From: Monocercomonoides exilis PA203 | Lineage: Eukaryota; Protista; Preaxostyla | DNA length: 64,000 nucleotides | NCBI GenBank assembly: GCA_001643675.2 | Contig: LSRY02000020.1 | Coordinates: forward strand, 1,116,001-1,180,000 | Direction of reading: 5' to 3' | Shown: positions 38,183-61,500 of the stretch, in pieces | Layout: every line of letters begins with the position of its first letter | Numbering within the stretch: position 1 is the stretch's first letter | Notes under the pieces: model-generated | Told to the model about the DNA's origin: nothing | The model's database searches: none | Seen by the model: the letters and a program-made list of their open reading frames with translations, nothing else | Position numbers and translations under genes: made by a program

Positions 38183-48324
<10,142 letters not shown>

Positions 48325-49278
48325 ATGAATAAATAGATCGATAAATAGATAAATAAATAGATCGATAAAAAAGAATATTATGAATGAATGAATGTTATGA
48401 ATGAATGAATAGAGAAAGATTAGAAATAATAATATGTATTTTAAACGGATTTTGCTCATACATTAGCTCCGTATCCTTTGTCTTTGTCATTGTCATCATC
48501 ATCTGCATCATCTGCATCATCATCATCATCTTCTTCTTCTTCTTCTCTTTGTATATATATAAAATTTAATATAAATATAAATGTCATCCGAAATTCCCCC
48601 TTATCCTTTCCTTCTTTTTCCTTTTCTTTCTCTTCTATTCGATTTTCTTCCCTCTTCTCCCTTCATCATCTCTTCCACAGTCATATTCATTATAGTCATC
48701 AATATTTTTTTTTTTTGTTGTGTGTGTGTGTTGCCTATTTGTGCATTCCCAAATAATGTCTATTGTGATGCTCTCCAACAAACTTTCAGGCAGATCTGAT
48801 TAAAATAATAATAAATATATATAATAATCATAATCATAATCATAATCTCATTATCGTTATAATCATTGTTGTAATGACTATTATAATGATTATAATAGAC
48901 ATTGATATGTTGTAAACTGCTTGCATTCATCTATGGATTCGCTACATCCTATCGGTTCATCTGAAGCAATTTACAAGAGCTAAACAAATGAAGATAAAAA
49001 AAAAGAGAGAAAAGATAAGAAATGAAATGAAATGAAATGAAAGTTCTTGCGCTGATTTATTTGTTAGTCGCATCTTCAATTGAAGTGTACTTTCGGGATA
49101 GAGAAATAAATGAAAAAGAAAAAGAAAGAGAAAGAGAAAGAGAAAAGAAAGAAACCAGAATTTTGTTCGTATTTTTATATAATTTATCTTCCTTTATTTT
49201 AAGTTGTTTTTCTTATTAAAAAGAAACTTTTTTTGGCCTTTTTGATATTCCAATTGTTTTCAGCAGAATCGAAGCTTA

Positions 49279-50022
49279 CAGTTAAAAATGGGTTTATTCA
49301 TTACGTTTGAGCAGCTTTCGCCGGGGCGGAAGTTATGCTCGTCTTGTGTTGTTATATGAGCAGCTTTCATTCAACATATTGTACACTTCAAAAGAATGTT
49401 TACGTATTAAAGTCGTTTTTCAATAAATTTTGACATTATTATTTCAAATGGATTCGTTTTTCTATTTGTAACTTTTATTATTATATTTGATGTGATGTTT
49501 ATACATTATTTGAATGCGAAAAATATGCTCAATTTTTTTTTCTTTTTGATTTTATTTTTTGGGTTTTATTTACGATTTTTTTTTGACGTTTTTTTAAAAA
49601 TTCTTTTAACAATTTTTATTTTAATATTTTTGCTTGTTCACATTTTTGCAAATATGCTTGATTGTTTCTTGCATTTTTTTTACATTTTTGCATGTTTTTT
49701 TACTTTATTTTTATTGGTTGTATTTTTTTGCTTTGATGTCTATTTTTATCAAAAATTAATATGTCTTTTTTTTTCATACTCGCTTTTCTTGTTTTAGCAC
49801 ATGGTTGACGTTTGACACCAGTGGCCTTCAATATTCGGCTGCTCTGTCATGCCGTCAAGTAATTTCATCAACCTATCCTTTATATTTTACACTTGCCTTA
49901 TTATTCCTCTAATTTTTATGAATAACTCTGCCTTTAAAGGGGGTTCGTATGCACTTTTTTGCTAAACATATTTAATTTTCTTTTTTAAATTAAATTTTTT
50001 ATTTGATTTATGTTTTTAACTG
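49279..50022. mobile_element. Possible TA-flanked Tc1/mariner-type non-autonomous element (short TIR CAGTTAAAAA)
   Basis: CTTACAGTTAAAAA (49275-49288) and TTTTTAACTGTAAG (50013-50026) are exact reverse complements, giving a TA|CAGT...ACTG|TA arrangement. Confidence 0.3.
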
Positions 50023-50280
50023 TAAGAGATATCAAAATGATGCTCAATTATTATTGTTGGAAATGTTGCAGTTTGTTTTTTATTTTTTATTTTTCCTGTT
50101 TTCTTGATAAAATAAATATAACTGGAAAATTGATAAACGCAAAGACAATAAACTTTGTTTTCTACTAATGAAATAAAAAAATCTAATCTAAAAACACTAT
50201 TTAAAAATTAAAAAGCAAGTATATAAACTATCTAAATAGATACACATTCCTATATATTAAAAAAAAAAAAGTACAACCAA

Positions 50281-53200
50281 TCAATTAGAATCAGCTGGAT
50301 GTATAGCAGAGATTGTCTGGCGCATTCCTTCCAAAACGAGCTGTCTGATCTGAGGGCGCAGCTTTGAGTACAAAAAGAATGTTTCAGCGAACGATTCACT
50401 TGAAGAGAAATAAGAATTACAATAATAATAAGAAGAATAAGAGGAAGAATTCGAAATAGAATTTAGAAATTCTGCTCGAATGGAAGCTTTTGCCTTTTGT
50501 AGAAGCGGTCTTCTAATCATCGTTGGTACAAGAATCGGAAAAGGATGACGAGATTTTCTCTTCTTCTGAGAAGAGCTGCCAGAAGGTGTTGTAACAGAAG
50601 GGCGGGAAGGAAAATGCGAAGAAGGAGAAAACAGTGCAGATGGAGAAAAAGGAGAGAGAAGCGGTTGAGTAGGTGACTTGGGAGAAAGGAGCAGAGGAGG
50701 AAGAGAAGAGGAAGAGGAAGAAGAGGAGGAAGGATAATACGATGACAATGAAGAAGAAGACGACGAAGGTACTAAGTTTGTTGAAGATGATGAGTTGTAG
50801 ACGATACTAGCTGTGGAAGAGCGTCTTTGTGTGCTTCTTCCTCTTCTCGTGAACTGCCTCGTGCTCAGGTCAAATCCCACTGCGTCAAGAAACTGCACCA
50901 TCACCTCCTCTGGCGATAACTTCTTTTCTGGTTCTTCTTCGGATTCTTCTTCCTCTTCCTCGTCCTCATCTTCTTCTACTTCTTCTCCTTCTCTTTTTTC
51001 TTTTTCTTTCTTTTTTCTTTTCCCTTTTTCTGTTTTTTTCTCAAATGGACTTGTTGGAAAATATGAAGGAGTTGATAATTGGAGCGACGATGGACGAGGC
51101 GAAGGAGTAAAACTGGAAGAAGCGAAAACGGGCGATAAGCCGCATCTGTAGCTTGGATAAAGATCAGATGCTGGAGCGGTGTATGGAACACGAAGAAGAA
51201 GCTCTTCTTCAGTAAAATGCCACTTAGGAAAAAATAAAATAAAATAAAATAAAAAAAACGCAGAAGATGAAGTACGAAAGAGAAAGAAAAACGAATGTGA
51301 ATTTATATTTTTGAAAAGAAAGTGTTGTCATTCAAAAGAGTGTTTTTGAGAAGTTAAAAGCCAAAGTAATGTCAATTATTCAAAAAAAAAAATGTGTAAA
51401 AATATTCGAATTGATATGAATGAAATAAGTTTAATGCATTTATGTATAATCTGCATACCATCTCTTCCATTGCTGCCATTCGAGCTGCTGAGCAAATAAG
51501 ATACTCACGAAATATGTTTTGACAGCTCACAACTGAAGATAAGTGAATTAAGAAAATAAGGAAAAAAATTGCATATGTAGAATAATTGGGTGTTATATAT
51601 ACAGAAAAAGGAGATAAAAAAAATGAAAAGATAATCAATATCCCTATTTCTGGTACAAAATACCATCTACAAAACAAAAACATTTTTTGAACACAAAATT
51701 TCACTCAAACTTTTCGCTCTGAAAGATTCCAGCCTCAATCGAAATTTCATCTGAGCACCGACTTTAGTCAACAGTGAACAAATCAGTCGAATTGATTTGT
51801 TTCTCTGTAGAATGCGCTTGCGAACCATAAATGGACCAAGAGCCCTGTCAATGAACATATTCAAACAAATAAAAGAAAAGAAAAGAAATTGATAATGATA
51901 ATGATAATGTTAATAGAATTCAATTAAAATTTCATATTTTAAAGGAAGATAAATTGAGAAGTTCAAATAAAATAATGAAATTAATGAAAACGTTCCAATG
52001 AATAAAAACAAAAACAATAATATAAATTTAAATTTAAATAACCTTGTTATAACAGGAAACGCCTTCGTCATTTCCTGCGCTTTCATCTTTATCATTCTAT
52101 TTTTTCTTTCAATCTCTTTCTTCTGCTTTATTATCGCGATCATTCTTTTCGCTTGCCTTCTTGCCCTGTCCTCTTTCAATGCATCACCCAACAGCCACAG
52201 CCTCGCTGATGCTTCTATCGCAATCAGCCATTTCAAAGTGATGCTTCGATTTTGCTGTTGAACCCGCTTGTTTTCCTTTTGCAGCCTAAACTTTTCAATC
52301 CTTTTCTGCTCCGCCTCTTCTTTCTCCTTCATTCGCCTAAAGTTCAACCTGTCTTCTTTTTCTCGCTGCTTCTTCACCATCAGCAGCCTTTCTGTGGACG
52401 GTGATTTTTTCGCGTTCTGACACTTGCCAAGCGGAAGAGGCGGCAGGACGATCGAGCGGGAAGTGTGTGGCGCGCCATAAAATGCCCTTGTCGCAGAGAA
52501 ATCAACAGATGCATAATTTGAAGCAGAAGACGCAGACTGCGATAAAACAGGAAGCCGTGAAACAGGAATGAAAAACGGTTGGGGCGAATGCAAAGCAGCT
52601 GTTGGAGACTGAAAAATGGGAGGTGATAGTGGGGTGCGAGGGATTTCGATTGAATGCTTTTCATTCTTTCTTCTTCTTTTCCCTGAAGGATCAGAATTTT
52701 CAGTCAATTGTGTCTCAGGATATTTTGTTTTTCTTCGGCTTAGCTTCCTTGCATAGCTTCTTTCAGTTGTATTTGCTCTGAAAAGAGTGCATTGAGAATC
52801 CAGGGACATTCTCGTCCAATCATCCATATACTGAATAACGTTTTCTCCCTTCTCTTTCTCGATAACATCCGCCAATGCAATCGCTTCCATCACATCTTCA
52901 ACGCTTTGCTGCACTAATCCTTCGGGTCCTCCAGAAATTAGCCGTTTTTTTGATTGCTCCATTAATAATATCTCTTTTTCTGCAGGAGATTTTGAATTAA
53001 TTTTTCGAACTGATCGTCTCAATTCTTTAATTTTTCCATCTACGGTTACTGATGATAATCTGCCAATTGAACAAGCAGTTCGAGGAGTGGCCAACAAATC
53101 GATTGAAGCTTTAGATTGCCGAAACAAAGACAAATTTTGATTTCCTTGTAAACCTCTCTTAAAATCTGAAACATGATCAAAATGATTCGAATCGTCTTGA

Positions 53201-53560
53201 ATTGGCAAAGGCAATCTCTCATTTTCTTCCTGTTCAATTAGAGGAACTTTCTTTTGGGGTATTTGTTCATTCATGGAATTTAAAGTTTGATACAAAGACA
53301 GTTGATCATCTATTAACACAAATAATAAACTAATAAAATGCTTTTATAAAAAATCAAAATTGTTTACCGCCTTGAGAGAAAATCCAATGAAATTTTGGGT
53401 CTTCTTTCTCAAAAAATGATGAGTTGAACTCTTTAAAATCCCGATGAGGATTTGAAACATGGAAATTTGTAGTTTGATCTCGTAATTTATCGCTTAATTT
53501 CAAAGATTGTTGCAAAGGAACACTGCTTGGCTTTGAAAATGAATGAGAACTAACTTGCAT
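50281..53560 (-). CDS. Multi-exon hypothetical protein with coiled-coil/basic helical segments
   Basis: ORF segments 53354-53560, 51910-53319, 51667-51864, ~51460-51540 and 50281-51225 are separated by T-rich intron-like gaps on the minus strand. No recognisable family. Confidence 0.65.
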
Positions 53561-53740
53561 TCACCAAATTTCTCAAGATAAATAAAACGCAGAAAAATAT
53601 CCAATTGCAATGCTTGAAATAATAAAATATATGTTACTCTCTGAAGATGCTTTTTGTTTAAATTGAAGCTTTAAGAAAAGCACTAAAATTATTTTTCAAA
53701 ACATCTTAATCCCAATTTAAAAATAAAAATTCCCATAAAA

Positions 53741-54134
53741 ATGAGCTGGATATCCCCACAAGCTGATCATTTACAACAAAAATACACTGGTACGGGGCAT
53801 TCCGATACTTCTCAGTAGTGTGCTATATTTATTTATTATTATCGATGCACTGCAATTGATTATATCTGATAAATATCATTTTGACAATAAATAGTGAATG
53901 GATGACAACAATTCAACGTGATTCGTGTGCTTCATATATTGGGCATCAGCATATGCTTTACATGATGGCCATGGCACGTAATGAATCATTAGGAAAAATT
54001 AAATATGAGCTTCTTGAAGTTTGAAAAATAGTTATCTTCAAATTGAAATTTTATTCTTTTTTAAAATATTTAAGAAAATGTTTCAACCTTGTGGAACACC
54101 TCCTAAGAAGGATGATGATCTTTTACAAAAATGA
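53741..54134 (+). CDS. SF3B5: Splicing factor SF3B subunit 5 (SF3b10/Ysf3); exons 53741-53817, 53895-54018, 54075-54134
   Basis: Spliced translation MSWISPQADHLQQKYTGTGHSDTSQYEWMTTIQRDSCASYIGH..ARNESLGKIKYELLEKMFQPCGTPP matches HLQ.KY.GTGH.DT...EW....RD...SY.GH and NES....KM.QPCG.PP. Absent from the supplied ORF track. Confidence 0.95.
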
Positions 54135-54844
54135 ATAATCAAGTGTATTTTTTCTCAGATGTTAATGCTTATATTTTGGAAGTTTTTAAACATTTTTGTG
54201 AAATTTTTAAAGTTCCTTTTTGTTGTAATTACTGGATTTATTCAGGCTAGTTTTATTATTGCTAAATTATACATTTTTTATATAATGCAAGCAAAAAGAA
54301 CAATGAATCAGAATTTTTAAATTCTTGGAAATTTCGCTTGTTTTATTTATTTGTTTATTTGTTTATTTGAAAAAGTTTGTTTGTTCAAAAATAAAATGAA
54401 GGTTATATATTTTTGATTGGACTTTTAATGGATTGGTGCACAATTTCAGACTTTTCATGTAGATGGGAATGAACATTTTTCTTTTATTCATTTTATTTTT
54501 GTACGTTTAAAATAAAATTATTGTCACAATTTTATGAATAAAACGTAAAAGCATTTTCAGTCATCTAAAAAAAAAAGTTTCAATTCTTTCTAAAAATCTC
54601 ATTTTCACATTTTGATAAAAATGTAAAAAAAAAATATTTTTGATTCAAAAATGTAATGAACTTTCAATTTAACAAAAACTTTAAAAATTTCACAGTTTTT
54701 ATGAAAAGAAACGTTAATTCGTGAAACATAAAAAATATAATAAAATCATCCAAATGAAGATAACTCAATCAATTACGAACGCCAACAGAAGTGCTACAAT
54801 ATTTAATGAAAAACTAATATGAGGTTATAATCAAGAAGAAAGTT

Positions 54845-55859
54845 TAGGGCTATAATTTTATCTTGACCTTTTTTCTTTATCTTGACCTTTTTCTTTTTTG
54901 CAATGCTTTCAGCTTTACACAAGCCTGCGATAAATAAAAAAATAACCAGAAATGTTTGAAATGTTTTAATTTCCTTATTCTATATTTTTTTTTCAATATT
55001 TCTTGTTTTACAAAAAGATCGAGGATTATAATAATTTTATGTTTTGATCATTGACTTGCTGCTTTTTCAGCGAATATTTTTTATTAGAAGTTTTAAGCTT
55101 TCATATCATAATACATCGTTTCTTTTTTATAAGTTGAACTTGTTTTAAACTTTCTCAACTTGTTTTTTTGACATTTTTTCTCATTTCACACATTTTTTCA
55201 AAAAACACGATTTTAAGGACAAATATGAATTTGTTTTGAAATTTATTGAAATGATAAATAAACATTATTAAAATAAAACGATTCTTGGATGAAAAAATGA
55301 TTATTTGTTTGTATATGTTTGGTAATTAAAATAACAAAAAAACCATATATACTTGCTTTTTAGTTAATCTTCTTGAAAAGTTCCTTTTCATTTCAAAACT
55401 TAATACAAATAAACGATAATTAAGACTTTGTATATTTTTTTCATTTAAATAAAATTTGTCACAAACACTTGTTTATATAAAAAATCGTGTTTTAAGCAAA
55501 AACAGTGAAATGAGAAAAAAAGGTTAAAAATTAAACTAAAAAAGTTAAAAACAAGTAAAAATAATAATATTGAAATGTGGAATGATGATGCTGTGGCTTT
55601 AAACGTTCAGTATGAAATATTGGTTTCACAGCCATCAAGTCTTTGATCTGGGTCCTGAAATAATAAAAATTTTAAATATTATTTGGTACATAAAAATATC
55701 AAATTTTTTTTCCACAGAATTCTGAAAAACAAAAATATCAAGAAGTCTATTTAATTTGTTTTTGTTTTTCGCCTTTTCACAAATCAAAAATGCAAAAATA
55801 AGTTTCAAAAAAATAGGGTTGAGATAAAATTTTGAGGTCAAGATAAAATATGCACCCTA
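54845..55859. mobile_element. ~1-kb old foldback/MITE-like element with long diverged inverted arms; TA|GGG...CCC|TA ends
   Basis: TAGGG..ATTTTATCTTGACC at the left end pairs with GGTCAAGATAAAAT..CCCTA at the right end. Internal blocks also pair, e.g. TTTTTTCTCATTTCAC..AAAACACGATTTT (~55174-55214) with AAAATCGTGTTTT..GTGAAATGAGAAAAAA (~55481-55520). Confidence 0.6.
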
Positions 55860-55878
55860 TAGTTGATTTGCAAAATAT

Positions 55879-55879
55879 A

Positions 55880-55975
<96 letters not shown>
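55879..55975. repeat. (AAAT)n microsatellite
   Basis: Tandem tetranucleotide run directly next to the foldback element. Confidence 0.9.
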
Positions 55976-56079
55976 AAGAATTCAAGTTAAATAAAATATA
56001 ACAAAAATAAAAATTCAAAATATTCATTAAAGAAGATAGATTGCGCAACACATAGCCTTCGCAATCAGTTGTTCAAATA

Positions 56080-57472
56080 TTAATGATAAATAGAGTTTAC
56101 ACCGAAGTTTTTGATGTCTAGTTCAAAATTTCCATCATCATCGGTTTGATTATTATGTAATTCATTTTCTCTTTCAAATTCTTTCCAGAGTACTCCTTCA
56201 AAAGGGAAGTAATAACCCACTTCATCCAAATTGTTATTGTTATTTTCTTCTTCAGTTGCCTTCTTTTCGTGTTCTTTTTGCAGCAACGGAGTGCTATCAT
56301 TGGCAAATGGCACGTCTCCTTGTGTGTAATCACCACGAAATGAAGGATAGAAAGAAGCAGTTGAATCATTCGATAGAGTTCGAAATGATGTTATTGCTCT
56401 GGATTGAGCTTTTCCAACATGAAGTGTCTTGGAGAAGGCGAAATACGTGAAGATAATTATAACCACAAGTGTTGGCGCAGAATTCTGTGCAACAGAAAAC
56501 AACATTATTCTAATTATAGGTCGATAGCTAATGCACATGTTTCAAATTAAAGTGTCGTATTTCATAAAACAACAAAAAATCATTTAAAAAATAGGAAAAA
56601 TATACACATATATAATGGATACGAATAACTTCAAAAAATCGTTTTTGTAAAAACAAACCATTCATTTTCATTATAATAGCAGTCTCTCATTTCCTTCTCT
56701 GAGTTCTTGATAGAAGTTTGATAACTAAATGAATCAAATGCAAATGTCCAAAGAAATATAAATGAAATCATAAATAGGAGGAAAATAAATGCATGAAGAC
56801 GCCTAATTGCTTCTGTGGTCTGATGGTTAATTTTTGGTATTTTCCTTACAATTAAAAGTAGTTTAATTGCCATTATCAGAGTTGGTAAAAGAATGCAAAC
56901 ATCAAGAATGGAAGACAATATTGTGAGAACAATTTCACTAATGTTATAATTAAAATGCAACAAAAACGAAATAATTATAAATAAAGCAGTAAATGCATTT
57001 AAAATTATCGTTAAAAGAACAATGAAGATTCTCTTGGTTTTCAACGATTTGATCAAGGGAATAATTGTCACTTTAGCAAGCCAAATAACAAGAAGATTCC
57101 AAGCACTATAAAATAGCGTATTTGGAATATCTTCACAAATTATTGACAAACTCTGAGAATTAAAAGGAATTGGAATAACACTAACAACGCAACTCCACAA
57201 TTGATACAAAGAAAACATTGAAAATACAATTTGTTTCAGTACATTTACTCGTTTTTTGTTTGTGAATATCTCATCAACTATTAGGAGAACAATTAGAAGC
57301 AGAGAAATCAATTCGGAAATAAAACTGATTAAAAACCAAAAAGAACTTCCTCCATATATATCTTCGAGAAAATATGTTAAAGAAAATACAAAAAAGCCAT
57401 ACCATAACATGAAAAATCAATATCTGGTTGGAGAGCATTTCTGAATATTTTTTCTTTTTCATTTTCATTCAT
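56080..57472 (-). CDS. Multi-pass (about 7 TM) membrane protein, at least 3 exons; 3' end uncertain
   Basis: ATG at 57472 (MNENEKEKIF..SCY), a ~41-nt GT-AG intron, then six hydrophobic helices. A second intron joins NENE-C-YRPIIR, which leads to a seventh helix and a hydrophilic tail. Confidence 0.7.
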
Positions 57473-58561
57473 CTTTTTTATTAAAGGTGTGATCTGAAAT
57501 GATTTTCTTTATTCAAGAGATTCTATTTTTGAAAAAATAAAAATAAAAATAAATAAATAAATAAATAAAATAAAATAAAATAAAATAAAAATAATTATTA
57601 TAAATTTTCTAAAAAAATGATGAAATAAATAAATAAAAAGTTGCGATGTGTAAAAAGTTGTATAAACACAAAATAGAAATGCCTAACAATGATTAGAAAA
57701 TTTTTAAATTTACAGAAAAACAAATTCGCTGAGAGACCAACACTTCAACGATCACGAAAATAAATCAAACAACACTTTGGCCTTATTGGGAGGAAAATTC
57801 AGAACAAGTTGAACAACTTTGAACAACCATTTCTGGTTGTTTTTCGCTGGCCACATGCTGATATAAAGCCATTGCCAGCTGAAAAAAAATAAAAGGACGG
57901 CGTTGAAAAAACAGGACAGAGAAAAAATGCAACCCTGGCAAAATGACCAAAAGGAGCGAAATTGTGATTTCAAAGAAATGAATTGCATGGATTGATGTGA
58001 ATGGCATTCAAGCATAACAGATTTCAACAAAAAGAAAGTGGTTTTTGAAATAATACAAAGTTGAACGAACCCATCAATCACTTCCTTGAAATGACAGCTG
58101 ATAACTTGCACAAGAAACACTCTTTTTGCAAACAGACTGATCAAAATGAAAGATTCGCTGTTCCACATCAAAGTGCATTTCCAAACAAGATATCGCACAA
58201 TGAAAACCAAAAGTTCAGAAATGAGTTTTGAATGTGCAAAGCAAATTGAATAATTCAAAAGGTGTGAAAGCAATATTTCGAAGAATCTTTTTTCGCTTTC
58301 AACAGAAAATCATTTGCTCGAAAAGCGACAAGGCAACAATCAAAAAATTTGTAGATAAAAAATTGATGATATTGTCTCAGCATTGTCGAAATGCAAAAAC
58401 TTATTGCAATTGCTTCTGGAGACTTTTTCTTGTTGCAAGCTTGTGAAAGCAGCTGCAAGCATTGGACAAAATGTTCAATTCAAATTAGTTCACACAAAAA
58501 TCATAATCAACTTCAAAAAAAAGTTTTCTTTCTTGGAAATTGACAAAATGGCACAGTTCCT

Positions 58562-61500
58562 TTAAAATGCATCAATCCCAACTTCATAGCCATCAATCTC
58601 CTCGACAGCTGGATTTTTCAACACTTCTTCTTCCTTTTTATGCTTCTTCTTCCTCTTCTTCTTTCCTTTCTTCGCTTTCTGCTCTGCATCAGCATTTATC
58701 GTTTCCAGATCGCGAATATATTCTTCAATGTTCGTTGCTCTCGCTTCTCTTTCTGCTTCATTAACATCATCCAAAAGACCTTGAGCATCCATTTCCTTGG
58801 ATGGATTTTCCTTTGTTTTTGGTGCATTCTTCAGTCCATGAACAGCTGCTATTCCTTCATCTCTCGCTTCTCTTGGTGCCAGACTTGACTCTTTCGAGTT
58901 GCAGCTCAGCTCCTCGTTATCATTGCCAAAAGAAAAGGAAGATGCCCCTGAATTCACCAACAAACTCGGATCATCTCCATTCATCCGAAAACTCTTAATG
59001 CAATTTTCCCCAAGCGAATTCTCAACCACAAACCCAATTCTTCCTTCACTGCGCATCAAATCCCCTCCTACTGCTTTTGTTTCCCTTTCATTCCTTGTGC
59101 TCAATTCTTTCCATTTCTTCTTCTTCCTCTGCTTCCTTTTGCTGTCTGTTCCACTTTTCTTCGAATCAAATGAAATCTGATCGTTTGCAAAATCCTTTGT
59201 TGCGTCTCCATCCTCTCGGTTGTTTGAATGCAATTCAATGGTTTGCACCTCCACAAAGTCTTTTGAAGAAATCACAATTGAGCTGTCTGACTCTTGTGTG
59301 CCTTCTATCATTATTCCTTTCCTGAGAGTCACAAGCGGAGGATTATTGCCATCCATCAAAAGTGGTGTTTGGCTTTGCATCTTTTCAAGCAATGGTGATG
59401 ACACCTCGTCAATTTCAAAACTTTCATTTTTCTCTTCCTTGCTCAGCTCGCAGTTTTCAATCATTTTCATGTTTTCCAAATCTCCTTCCACAACTTTCTT
59501 TCCTGATCTCTTCTGCTTTTTGATCAATATCAAAACAATCACAATCACAAGCACAACAACAACAACTGCACATGCCACAAATGCATAAATGCTCCACCCA
59601 TTTCCCCCTTTCTCCGACTCCTTCACAACATCTTCTCGCAAATCATCCCTTCCAACTGTTCTGTTCTTCAGGATCAATGGCTCCGTCGATGAAGGAGAAT
59701 CAGCAATCCCAAACAAAACTTGCACACTCACCTCGATTTCTTCTCCACAGCTGCTGATCAGATCTTTTCCCACGCTCCCTTCAACTTCTCTTTCGGATAA
59801 AAACCCATTTGAATCAAAATCATATTTTTCAATCTCTTTCTCTTCTCCCTTCTTCTTCACAACTGAGAATGACAAATTGCATGGTAAAAGAAGCATCCCC
59901 TTGAATATCAGTTTCAATCTATTTGTCTCTTCTTTTGCTTCCACACTCTCCAGAACAGGAATGAAGAACGATGAATCTCTCTCAGAAATAATCCCTTCAA
60001 AACTGCACCCTTCATTCAACATCCAAAGAGATGTGTTATCCTTCAATCCATCTCCTCCTTTCAAACTCATCACATTCAATATTCCAGAATCTGAACAGAT
60101 GATATTTCTTCTCAGCGAAGGATATCCTTCAATGGATGGATTATTGTTTGAGAAATTCCCTGCTTCAATTATCACATTTCCTCCACTCATTGTTATTCCA
60201 CCTTCTGGTGAATTCGAGATTGTTGTGTCTTTCATCAAAACAGAACTTTTCACAACATCCACAACAGATCCATCCCATCTGCACATCTCTTCTTCTGTAT
60301 TCAAATTCTTTTCATTTCTTTCCTTTGAGCTTCCATCAAAAATGCAATTGTCCATTTTCGCATCCAAACAATCCTCCACTTTCATTAATTTCCCTTTTGT
60401 ATTGTTTGAACCGACTCCACCCATCGTGCAATTTGCCAATTGCATCATCTTTTTCAGTGAAAGGCAACATATCAATGATTCTTCATTTCCTTCAACTGTG
60501 ATATTTTCTGAATAAAACTTTTCCATGTTTAATTGTCCACATTCAATAATTTCAACAAGGTAATGAGAAACTGTTAAATTTCTGATCTCAAACAAATAAA
60601 TCACTGATGGAATTGATGATGATAGATATAATGCAGATTCTTGAAGAATGAGATTTGACATTGTGCATCCATCAAGTTGTAATTCTCCTTTATCCATATT
60701 AATGATGTGAAATGGAATGCATGCTAATTCTATATTTCCTTCTTTATTAGATTGTTTTGTAGTGAATGAGCAATTCATAATTTCAAGAATTCCTCTTTCG
60801 GGTGACATCAATGATTCATGTGAAGAGATGAAATACGAATCAAACACAAAATTCACCCTCACCAACGAGACCGTTCCAGTTGTTATCACCAATGCCCCTC
60901 TTGTTCTTTCAATCCATGATTCCACTTCAACTTTGCACATCTCTCTGTTCTTCGAGCTCAAACTCATCTCCTTCATATTTATTTCTCCCCAAATCACACT
61001 CTCATCAACAATGAACATTTGACTTATGAAATCTGAAGTCAGATGCGCCAGGCCATGCTCAATCGAATAGCATGGAAGTGTGTTTGTGCCACATTGTCTC
61101 TCGTTCGATCCACTCACACTGCTCACAATGATCGTGTCGCTCTGATGAATCGTGATAAATTCAATCAGATCTGTATCGCTCGGGTAATCGCACTCATCTC
61201 TCCCGCATATCCCATTTATTCGAGTGTAATGATCTTCTCGAAGATCAAGCTCAAATTGCCTTTCATTGATCTGCGATCTGATCCTGTAACATTCAATGAA
61301 AATATCGTTCCCCACTTTTGCTCTGTTCTCGCTGAACTTCACCCTCACAAATGCAAAATCAAGATTCCCTCTTTCCTTTGTTGCCAGATACACTCCTCCT
61401 CCTTTTCCTGAACTGATGCTGCAGCTGCAATGGCTGATTGTTGAGTCAATCATCTTCATCGATCCAGATGCACCCAATGTGAAGAATATTGTCCCTCCTT

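Noticed and set aside
49288-49410. Selenoprotein reading (MGLF..CSSCVVI-TGA)
   Set aside because: No recognisable selenoprotein family, the frame closes soon after, and no convincing SECIS is visible.
49925-49946. U5 snRNA-like loop (GCCTTTAAA in a short stem)
   Set aside because: Does not match the invariant GCCUUUUAC loop, and no supporting U5 structure is visible.
57752-58560. ORFs downstream of the second giant gene
   Set aside because: No motifs, no consistent exon structure and non-ATG starts; probably 3' flanking sequence.
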